NCBI GenBank assembly: GCA_049971805.1
Contig: JBMFKU010000018.1
Coordinates: 1-28,390, forward strand
Source: Caldisphaera sp.
GTDB taxonomy: Archaea > Thermoproteota > Thermoprotei_A > Sulfolobales > Acidilobaceae
DNA length: 28,390 nt
Reading direction: 5' to 3'
Positions within the stretch are counted from its first letter, which is position 1; each line of letters begins with the position of its first letter. Both the position numbers and the translations under genes were made by a program. The notes beneath the pieces are model-generated. The model did not search any database and was not told the origin of the DNA. It saw only the letters and a program-made list of their open reading frames with translations. This document shows positions 20,270-28,224 of this stretch, one piece after another.

Positions 20270-21426
20270 ATGGTCCTCTCAGCAACGTAAAGGTTCTTGA
20301 TTTTGGGTTAGCAGTAGCTGGACCATATGCCTCTATGCTTCTGGCAGAAATGGGTGCTGAAGTAATAAAAATTGAACCTCCTGAAGGTGATGAAGCAAGG
20401 GGAGCTGCTCCTGTCATTAATGGAATTAGTGCCATATTTGCCTCTTCGAACAAAAACAAGAAAAGCCTTGGGATTGATCTCAAAAATCCATCGTCGAGAA
20501 ATGTTGTTGAAAAGCTTTTTAAATGGACTAACGTTGTCTTGGAGAACTTTAGACCTGGAGTTAGGGAAAGACTTGGGATTAGTCCAGAGGATGCCTTTAA
20601 GGTAAACAGGGATCTTGTTTATGTTAGCATAAAGGGTTTCAGACCTGATAGCAAGTATGGAGACTTACCTGCATATGATATGATAGTACAAAGTATGAGC
20701 GGTATAATGCTTTCCATGGGTACACAACAAGATCCTCCAATAAGGGTTCCATTTGCTCTCTTTGACATATTCACGGGAAACCTTGCTGCGCTTGAGATAC
20801 TAACAGGTCTTATCTCAAGTAAGAGGCCATACTATGCAGAGGCATATCTTTTTGATACGGGGATCTATTCAATGAACTATTTGATTCAATCTTTTCTTCT
20901 CACAGGATCAGAGCCCAAAAGGCTTGGCGGAATACATTTTTCATATGCACCTCATCAGCCATACATGGATTCTGATGGTAAGTGGTTCACTGTAGCCATT
21001 GTAAGCGATAGACAATGGTTGAAGCTTTGCGATGCTCTTGGTCTTGAAGATCTTAAAAATGACAAAGAGCTCTTAACAAATATTGGAAGAGTAGCCAACA
21101 GAGATAGGATAAACGCAAGGCTTGTTAAATTGTTTTCATCAAAGTCCAGGGATTATTGGATTGACATACTTAAGAAGGCTGGTATTCCGGTTGCTCCTGT
21201 GTACAGCATTAAGGAACTATTCTCTGATGACTATTCTAATAACTTAATTTATAATTGCGAAAACCTGAAGCTTTTATCCTTCCCAGGTAAAATCAACGGA
21301 GAGAGACCTAGACCAATAAGACCCCCACCAATAAGGCAGGGTTCCGATTCTGATGAAGTTCTTAAAGAGCTTGGCTTTAATGATTCAGAAATCTCAAGAC
21401 TTAAGAAGGAAGGAGTCATCAAATAA
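20266..21426 (+). CDS. CaiB/BaiF family III CoA-transferase
   Basis: Motifs AGPYASMLLAEMGAEVIKIEPPEGD, ENFRPG, AYDMIVQSMSG and the catalytic Asp in ALFDIFTG. 4-bp overlap with the lyase gene. Confidence 0.94.
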   Translation: MNGPLSNVKVLDFGLAVAGPYASMLLAEMGAEVIKIEPPEGDEARGAAPVINGISAIFASSNKNKKSLGIDLKNPSSRNVVEKLFKWTNVVLENFRPGVRERLGISPEDAFKVNRDLVYVSIKGFRPDSKYGDLPAYDMIVQSMSGIMLSMGTQQDPPIRVPFALFDIFTGNLAALEILTGLISSKRPYYAEAYLFDTGIYSMNYLIQSFLLTGSEPKRLGGIHFSYAPHQPYMDSDGKWFTVAIVSDRQWLKLCDALGLEDLKNDKELLTNIGRVANRDRINARLVKLFSSKSRDYWIDILKKAGIPVAPVYSIKELFSDDYSNNLIYNCENLKLLSFPGKINGERPRPIRPPPIRQGSDSDEVLKELGFNDSEISRLKKEGVIK

Positions 21427-21470
21427 CAAATTGATTAGCTTAACGTTTCCTTAATATTTTATGAATTAAT

Positions 21471-22238
21471 TTAATCGGTACGGCACACTACATTACTTCC
21501 TACATGACCTTCGAGGTAGTAATCTGGATATTCCTGCTTTAATAAATTCCTTATCGTGTCACCACTGCAATGTATGGGTGATATTTTCTTTACACCTAGA
21601 GATATGAGCTTTTCTATAACATCCTTGCATTTATTTCTCGAGGCCCACGCCATGTGGAAGCCCCCTATAACCATGTATGGTCTTTCTTCCAGATCTCTTG
21701 TTGCTTTCTCTACTATGCTAACAATTCCTGGGTGGCTACACCCACCAAAAACAAATAGACCTAGACCTTTAACATTTATTGCCAAGGATTGTTCAGACGG
21801 AGGACCGTTAAGCCAGCCTATTATAGCGACCCCTTCAGATAACTTTATGGTTTTATCAACCTCTACTACTTTAATTCCATAGCTTCTAGCTATCCATGAG
21901 GTCCCGATAGGAACATACACTGTAATATCGGGCCTATTCTTTGCCAGATAACCAAGACCACCTGTGTGATCACCATGATCGTGTGATATCACAACAAAAT
22001 CTATATCATTAATATTAATCTTAAGTTTTCTCATGTTTCTTTCTAAGACTCCTTTATCAGGGCCTGTGTCAAACAAAAAATTTGAGCTAGGAGTTTCAAT
22101 AAAAATACTAAGACCCCATGCTGTTTCCAATTCTGAATCCATATTATTATCAACAACTACAACTAACTTGCATTGTTCTACAGACCCCAATTTAACAACT
22201 CTTCTTGAAGAAAGCATTGATGAATTCATTTGCTTCAC
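21471..22238 (-). CDS. MBL-fold metallo-hydrolase (COG1237-like)
   Basis: Motifs WGLSIFIE, LFDTG, SHDHGDHTGG, GCSHPG, GGFH and HCSG. Confidence 0.9.
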   Translation of the reverse strand: MKQMNSSMLSSRRVVKLGSVEQCKLVVVVDNNMDSELETAWGLSIFIETPSSNFLFDTGPDKGVLERNMRKLKININDIDFVVISHDHGDHTGGLGYLAKNRPDITVYVPIGTSWIARSYGIKVVEVDKTIKLSEGVAIIGWLNGPPSEQSLAINVKGLGLFVFGGCSHPGIVSIVEKATRDLEERPYMVIGGFHMAWASRNKCKDVIEKLISLGVKKISPIHCSGDTIRNLLKQEYPDYYLEGHVGSNVVCRTD

Positions 22239-22618
22239 CAGATAAGAAACGATAAAGGCAAAGATATTAAACTTAATTTTAGCCTGAGAATATTTTAATA
22301 AAATATATTAAATAAATTACAAAAAATAGCGATAAAGTTTTGTTTTATTTGGTCTTTTATATATAAAATTCCTTAATTTCATCTAATAGTTTAAGAAAAT
22401 TTTATTTTAGACACAATAATACACCAAAAACTATAAACATGCTTTTTGGCTTCAAACCCAATAGCTTTAAAATATTTTATATAGCTTAAGGAAAAAAGCT
22501 CTATTTACCATATTTTCCTCCTTATTAAAAGAGTTATAAAAATATGAGAATAAAGCATTAATAGAAAGCCATTAATTTATTTTAATTTAATCAGATAATT
22601 ATAAATAGGGGTAATCAA

Positions 22619-23593
22619 GTGTCTAAATACACATTCGGCCCTGTAATATCAAGAAGGCTTGGAAAGAGCCTAGGGGTAAATAACATACCTTATAAGACTT
22701 GTACATACTCATGCACCTACTGCCAACTTGGAAGGACTGAGGATTTCACCATAGAACGAAGGTCCTTTTATGACTGGAGGGAAATTGTTAGTGATGTAGT
22801 AAAAACGGTTAATGATATAAATAAAGAGGTAGATTATATAACTTTTGTACCAGACGGAGAACCCCTCCTTGATATAAATATTGGGCTTGAAATAGATGGA
22901 ATAAAGAAGGAAGAAAGTATTCCAGTTGCAGTTATTACTAACTCTTCTTTATTATACCTAAAAGAATGTAGGGAAGATCTTTTCGAAGCAAATCTTGTGT
23001 CTGTGAAAGTTGATTCTGTTGAAGAAAAATCGTGGAGAAAAATAAACAGACCATATCCCAAACTAAGTTTTGATAAAGTTCTTGAAGGAATAGAGGAATT
23101 TTCGAAGCAGTTCAAGGGAAAACTTATCACAGAAACAATGCTTATTGAAGGCTCGAATACAGATAGGGAAGATATTGATAGTGTGGCTTTATTTATTAAA
23201 AAGCTGAATCCTTATAAAGCATATATATCCATTCCCATAAGACCTCCAGCAGAGGCTTTTGTTAAACCTCCAGAACCAGTAAAAATTGTAGAAGCCCATG
23301 AGATCTTTAATGAAAGGCTAGGAGAAGGAAAAGTTGAGCTATTAAATCTGCCAGAACCTCCACCACTATCTGTTCATGGGGATCCCGCAACATGGCTCCT
23401 TTCAGTAACATCTGTGCACCCTCAAAGAATAGAATATGCTATCAATTCTCTAAAAAGTGTTGTAGAAAAACCTGAAGAGCTTATAGCAAAGTTAGAGTCT
23501 GAAGGCCTTATAAGGATTGTTGAGTATTCTGGCTCAAAGTTTGTAGTGAGATGGTTTGAAAAGGAGAAGAAAGCAAAAAGAGGAACTAAATGA
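22619..23593 (+). CDS. Radical SAM protein (COG0731-like Fe-S oxidoreductase)
   Basis: Motifs FGPVISRRLGKSLGVN, CxxxCxxC (CTYSCTYC), DGEP and VITNSSL. Confidence 0.92.
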   Translation: MSKYTFGPVISRRLGKSLGVNNIPYKTCTYSCTYCQLGRTEDFTIERRSFYDWREIVSDVVKTVNDINKEVDYITFVPDGEPLLDINIGLEIDGIKKEESIPVAVITNSSLLYLKECREDLFEANLVSVKVDSVEEKSWRKINRPYPKLSFDKVLEGIEEFSKQFKGKLITETMLIEGSNTDREDIDSVALFIKKLNPYKAYISIPIRPPAEAFVKPPEPVKIVEAHEIFNERLGEGKVELLNLPEPPPLSVHGDPATWLLSVTSVHPQRIEYAINSLKSVVEKPEELIAKLESEGLIRIVEYSGSKFVVRWFEKEKKAKRGTK

Positions 23594-24020
23594 AGTTCTA
23601 ATTTATAAATCCAATGTTTCAAATATTGAAGATGTTAAATCTTTCTATAATTTTGTTAAAGATAAATTTAAAGAAATATATGTTTTAATCTACAATGCTG
23701 GTATTCAAAAGGAAATATACCCTAAGAAAGATTGAGAATGTAAAATATGCTAAGGAAGAAATAAATATAAATTTTAAAGGAGGATTTATATAACTCTTTA
23801 CATGATTCCTTTGCTGTTAGAAAAAGAAAGTTCAGCTATTGTAAATGTAACATCTGGCCTTGGATTTATACCATCTAAGAGATTCCCAGTTTATTCAGCA
23901 ACAAAAGCCGCTATGCATGTTTTTACATTAACTCCTAGAGAGCAATTAAAGGATAAGATAAAGGTATTTGAAGTCATACCATCCGCTGTTTATGATACTT
24001 ATCTAAAAGCTATTTTATAG
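23592..24020 (+). pseudogene. Short-chain dehydrogenase (DltE-like) pseudogene lacking its N-terminus
   Basis: Upstream frame EVLIYKSNVSNIEDVK...VLIYNAGIQ, then stops and frameshifts, then IVNVTSGLGFIP...VYSATKAAMH (YxxxK motif). No Gly-rich Rossmann motif. Confidence 0.8.
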
Positions 24021-24138
24021 AAAAAGCGATTTCAATATTTCAACAAAAAAATTATGGAAGCATTTAGAAATATGAACAGATTTTAATTCTAAAATATATA
24101 TTTAAACTCTAAAGAATATAATTAAAAAAGGTGAAACC

Positions 24139-26682
24139 ATGTCTAAGAAATCCTATATATTAATAGCAGTATTTCTTTTCATATTAATATTCGTTTCATA
24201 TTTAGGTCAAAGCTTTTCAATATTTAGCCCATCAAAAAATAGTATATGGCCTTATTCTTATACCTCTAAATTAAAAAACCAAACTATATATTTGCAAGGC
24301 CTAAAGAGCCCTGTTAAGATTATAATTGATAATTCAGGCGTTGCCCATATAATTGCTAATAATACCTATGATGCATTTTATGCCGAAGGTTATTATACTG
24401 CCTACATGAGGCTATTCCAACTAGAGTTATTCGGCTTAACAGGTGCAGGCAATTTAAGTTCATGGTTTGGCAACTCAACTTTAAGCACAGACCTATATTC
24501 TTATTATGTTGGATTTCCTCAAAACGCTAACTTTTCTTTAAATTATGTTAAGCAAAATTATCCAGTAATATATTCCTATTTGCAGGCCTATTCAGATGGA
24601 GTTAATGCTTACATAGCTAGAGCTGAGAGCTTGCATGAATTACCCCCAATATTCTATCTATTAAACATAAGACCCTACAACTTTACCCCATTTTATTCCA
24701 TTGCATGGGGAGAAGTTATGGCATGGGGATTAGCAAGCGGTTTTTGTGAAGAATCAGAGCTTTCCATAATTTATACACATTTGGGATATAATCTAACCCA
24801 AGAACTCTTCCCATATTACCCATATTACAGTAACGGCTCTTTAACTGCCATGCCTGGTAATGGAACTGTTAATGGTTTAAACCTTCAGAGCTTTAATATA
24901 AGTCCCTCTTATTTTTGGTCGCTAAACTTTTATGATAGCTTTGCAAATGGTTTATACAATGAAACATTGTATAAAGCGATGCCATTAATTGTTTCATCTC
25001 TTAATAAAATTTGCTCCGATCCACTAGGCTTTGTAGATTTAGGAAGCAACGAATGGGAAGTAACTGGTAATCATAGCTCTACGGGTTTTCCAATGATGGC
25101 AAACGATCCACACTTAACCTTATATGATCCTTCGTTATGGTTACCATTACAAATTGTTTCACCAGGTTTAAATGTTACTGGTTATGAGCTTGTGGGAGAG
25201 CCAGGAGTTTTAATAGGTCATACAGAAAACACTGCATGGGGCTTAACTACACCTTTAGGGGCATCTACCAACGCTTACCTTGAAATCGTTAACATGGATA
25301 ACAAATCCTATTTATATAATGGAGAATGGTTACCATTAAGGCAATATAATTTTACTTTATTAAACAAGAAATATACAATTTATTATACAAACAATGGACC
25401 ATTGATATCTTATAATAAAACTCTAAACATGGGAATGAGCCTCTATTGGGTTAACCAGTATTATCCATTCTTAACCCTTGTATCGGAGTTCCTATTAGAT
25501 AACTCGACAAATTTTGCCCAGCTATTAAATGCTGCAAGATATTGGAATGAGCCGGCTCAAAACTTGGCTATGGTTTCTAAAAATGAAACTGGTTTTATTA
25601 CTGCAGGACTTTATCCCTTAATAAGAATTAATTTACCAAACAATGAAAGCATTGAAGTTGTTGGTGCTAGAACAATTTTAAATGGATCAATACCAAACTA
25701 CGAGCCTATAGGCTATATTCCATTTAATTACTTACCACAATCAATAAATCCTGCAAGAGGTTTTGCATTTGCTCCAAATCAACCAACAGCTTATATAGAC
25801 TATCCTTATCCTTTTGTTGGAGGCTATTGGGTTTCCGATGGAAGAGCTTTAACGATTTATAGATACTTAAATTCACATAAAGATATAACAATACAAGAAA
25901 TGGAGTCTTTACAAGGAAATGTGACAGATTCTTGGGCTTCTATATTAACTCCGGTAATGGTTTCCTGTTTAGAGAACCAAAGCTACTCAAATAATTTTGA
26001 AAAAGGGGTTTCCGCATTATCAATCTGGAACTATACATTTTATCAAAACGAAGTTGCCCCAACCATTTATACATATACATTATTAAACATGATAAACAAT
26101 GTGATAAACCCAATAATTAATCAGCATGGTTTAAACCAATACAAGAATTTGTTAACAGGAACTGTTGGATTTTATGGAACTGATACTTTAATTACAAGCG
26201 ACATTGCTTATCTCGCGACCCATAATCCTTCTTCTCCTCTATTTAATGGTAGCTTTTGCAAAGTAGTAAATATATCTTATAATGAAGCTATAAACTATTT
26301 ATCAGAAAAGCTTGGTAATATGTCTAATTGGGAATGGGGTAAAGTCCATGAATTGCTTTTAGTAAATCCTGCCGGTATAACGTCACTTAATTATGGTCCT
26401 ATACCTATTTGGGGTGATGGTTTTACTCCATCCGCAGCTTATTTTAACTTTAATGGCACCATTTACATGCCATTAATTGTTAGCGAAGGACCTAGCTTAA
26501 GGGTAGTAAACTCTCCTGGAACAAATCAATTTTATTCCGTATTCCCCGGAGGACCTAGTGAAAATCCTGCAAGTCCTTGGTTTGAGACGCAATTGAATTC
26601 CTGGATGAACTTCAATTATTATCCATTTTCACCTATTGTAAGCATTAATGCAACATGGTATCTAATACCAAGAGGTGGGTGA
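24139..26682 (+). CDS. Membrane-anchored penicillin acylase family (S45) protein, paralog 2
   Basis: N-terminal TM helix, motifs DNSGVAHI and RLFQLE, nucleophile LGSNEWEVTG (Ser303), ANDPHL, WEWGKVH and PGGPSENP. Confidence 0.94.
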   Translation: MSKKSYILIAVFLFILIFVSYLGQSFSIFSPSKNSIWPYSYTSKLKNQTIYLQGLKSPVKIIIDNSGVAHIIANNTYDAFYAEGYYTAYMRLFQLELFGLTGAGNLSSWFGNSTLSTDLYSYYVGFPQNANFSLNYVKQNYPVIYSYLQAYSDGVNAYIARAESLHELPPIFYLLNIRPYNFTPFYSIAWGEVMAWGLASGFCEESELSIIYTHLGYNLTQELFPYYPYYSNGSLTAMPGNGTVNGLNLQSFNISPSYFWSLNFYDSFANGLYNETLYKAMPLIVSSLNKICSDPLGFVDLGSNEWEVTGNHSSTGFPMMANDPHLTLYDPSLWLPLQIVSPGLNVTGYELVGEPGVLIGHTENTAWGLTTPLGASTNAYLEIVNMDNKSYLYNGEWLPLRQYNFTLLNKKYTIYYTNNGPLISYNKTLNMGMSLYWVNQYYPFLTLVSEFLLDNSTNFAQLLNAARYWNEPAQNLAMVSKNETGFITAGLYPLIRINLPNNESIEVVGARTILNGSIPNYEPIGYIPFNYLPQSINPARGFAFAPNQPTAYIDYPYPFVGGYWVSDGRALTIYRYLNSHKDITIQEMESLQGNVTDSWASILTPVMVSCLENQSYSNNFEKGVSALSIWNYTFYQNEVAPTIYTYTLLNMINNVINPIINQHGLNQYKNLLTGTVGFYGTDTLITSDIAYLATHNPSSPLFNGSFCKVVNISYNEAINYLSEKLGNMSNWEWGKVHELLLVNPAGITSLNYGPIPIWGDGFTPSAAYFNFNGTIYMPLIVSEGPSLRVVNSPGTNQFYSVFPGGPSENPASPWFETQLNSWMNFNYYPFSPIVSINATWYLIPRGG

Positions 26683-26683
26683 A

Positions 26684-27040
26684 ATGAGCAAAGTTAGTAA
26701 TATAATAATAGTAGTAGTCTCTGTAGCCTTAACTTTAATCCTATCATATTTTATCCCTTATGTATGGATTGGTATAATACCAGGTGTCATTATAGGATTT
26801 ATGAGAAGAAGATCGATAAGGCTTATTTCAGGGTTTCTGATAGGATTTTTAGGCTCATTAATAATGTACTTTGTATATCCAATCAATTATTTTGTCCCAT
26901 TAGCTAAAAGTGTTGGAGAATTAGCTGGAATATCTTGGTTAATATTGATATTAGCATTTCCCTTATTATTTGGTCTAGTAGAACTATCAGCTGCAGGAAT
27001 TGTAGGAGAAATTATTGCTATAACAAGAAAAAATAAATAA
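26684..27040 (+). CDS. Small Gly-rich membrane protein (about 4 TM) coupled to acylase 2
   Basis: The ATG lies 1 nt after the acylase stop, with a GGTG RBS. 118 aa, same layout as 13368..13724 (AGAVAGF vs VGELAGI). Confidence 0.85.
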   Translation: MSKVSNIIIVVVSVALTLILSYFIPYVWIGIIPGVIIGFMRRRSIRLISGFLIGFLGSLIMYFVYPINYFVPLAKSVGELAGISWLILILAFPLLFGLVELSAAGIVGEIIAITRKNK

Positions 27041-27142
27041 TTTTTTATCTTTTAGTAATTCAATATTAAAAAGGATTTTGTATATATTACTAGTATTTTT
27101 TAATTTTTCCCATAATAATTTTTATCATAAACGCTGAAGAGC

Positions 27143-27365
27143 GATGTTTATTTTAATTCTCTGACCTCCTCCCCGTCCTGAAGGGCGAGGGTTTTCCCAG
27201 GGCGGTTCACAGGTTTATGGTTTACCGCCTTCATTTTCATTACTTCATAGCTAGTGGCCAAAAGCCACCCCGCTCCATTCGTTTAACGGTAGACCATCGG
27301 CGGCTCTTCAGCCCATTACCCTTCCTCAACAGGAGTTGCCCTCCACTCCCGTCTCCTAGGGAGTC
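27143..27365 (-). ncRNA. Putative TnpB omegaRNA (scaffold plus guide AGAATTAAAATAAACATC)
   Basis: Same scaffold as 17610-17814, with a different 3' flank. Confidence 0.7.
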
Positions 27366-27522
27366 GGAGGGATTCGTATCTGTGTGGGGATACTCAACAC
27401 ATTTAATACGCCCGTTATGGGCTTCCCCACACCTTATTGTTTTCACAATACCTTAACACATTTTAGAATTTAAAATTTTACCCTGCCCTTAGAAGGGGCA
27501 AGGCTTGTTGTTCGTATTGTCA
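27161..27522 (-). mobile_element. Non-autonomous IS200/IS605 mini-element, family A copy 2 (358 bp after TGAC)
   Basis: TGAC at 27522-27519 is followed by a left hairpin, a TnpB Zn-ribbon scrap (CGEAHNGRIK...PHT) and the scaffold. Right end is CCCTCGCCCTTCAGGACGGGGAGGAGGTCAG at 27161. Confidence 0.92.
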
Positions 27523-27572
27523 GACCTCACACGGCTCATCATAAATTTCAGACCGAAATCGGTCATCATCCA
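27518..27572 (-). ncRNA. Archaeal C/D-box methylation guide sRNA
   Basis: Minus strand reads box C ATGATGA (27569-27563), guide CCGATTTCGGT, box D' CTGA, AATTT, box C' ATGATGA, guide GCCGTGTGAGGT, box D CTGA (27523-27520). All four boxes are consensus, with 11- and 12-nt spacers. Confidence 0.9.
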
Positions 27573-27580
27573 CAGCTAAT

Positions 27581-28081
27581 TTATTTCTTAATTCCCCATA
27601 ATTTTTTAGATATTATTTTTGTTCCAGCACTAACAGCATTTAATACCTTTGGATCTAGATCTATTCTATTGTTTTCAGGTGGGCTACTTAATTTACTTAT
27701 ATCCATACTTAAACCCAATAAATAAGATAAAACCTCTCTAGATCCTTTATATTTTTCACCTTTTATAAAGTCTTTGAAATATGGTATCCAAGAAGTTGGT
27801 TCCCTGCTTCTTCTTATTAAAATTAAATATCCTCCAACCGATGCTCCTATACTTTCTTTTAATTTATAAGCATTATAATTATTAGATTTGCTTTCTTCCT
27901 CTATAAGGTTTTCTTCTTTCAAAGCAGATACCAAAGAATTAAAAATTTCTTCAGTTTTTTTACCTCCTATCCTTATTAATGTATATTCTCTTTGTTTAGG
28001 TGCACTACTTTTAAATAAAATTACAGGCCCTTTATTGGTTTTCCTTAGGGCTAATTTATATGTTCTTAGCTCCAAGCTCAT
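27581..28081 (-). CDS. Hypothetical basic soluble protein (166 aa from the ATG at 28081)
   Basis: RBS GAGGTG lies upstream of the ATG at 28081 and codon usage fits the host. No family confidently recognised. Confidence 0.8.
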   Translation of the reverse strand: MSLELRTYKLALRKTNKGPVILFKSSAPKQREYTLIRIGGKKTEEIFNSLVSALKEENLIEEESKSNNYNAYKLKESIGASVGGYLILIRRSREPTSWIPYFKDFIKGEKYKGSREVLSYLLGLSMDISKLSSPPENNRIDLDPKVLNAVSAGTKIISKKLWGIKK

Positions 28082-28170
28082 TTCTCTCACCTCATTTCTA
28101 TTGTAATAGTCTAATACAAGAATTTAAATATAATTATTTTTGCTGTTTTAGAATTTAAATAAAATTTTAT

Positions 28171-28215
28171 AAAGTAAAGGCAAGCCTAGCCTCCTTCGAG
28201 AAAAGAAGGGTTCAC
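28171..28215 (+). repeat. Minimal ~45-bp IS605-end remnant
   Basis: TTAT|AAAGTAAAGGCAAGCCTAGCCTCCTTCGAGAAAAGAAGGGTTCAC has a left-end-like start fused to a right-end-like TCAC. Confidence 0.5.
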
Positions 28216-28224
28216 ACTCCAGCT

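Noticed and set aside
5267-23622. Short antisense or overlapping ORFs within annotated genes (e.g. 5267, 6186, 6478, 9188, 11614, 12187, 13445, 14087, 15805, 16588, 17959, 18373, 19654, 20226, 20372, 21556, 22033, 22834, 23422)
   Set aside because: These are shadow frames of well-supported genes.
27217-27456. ORFs 27217..27456 (+) and 27240..27446 (-)
   Set aside because: Both lie inside the mini-element. The minus ORF is a patchwork of tnpB C-terminal remnants and the plus ORF is its antisense.
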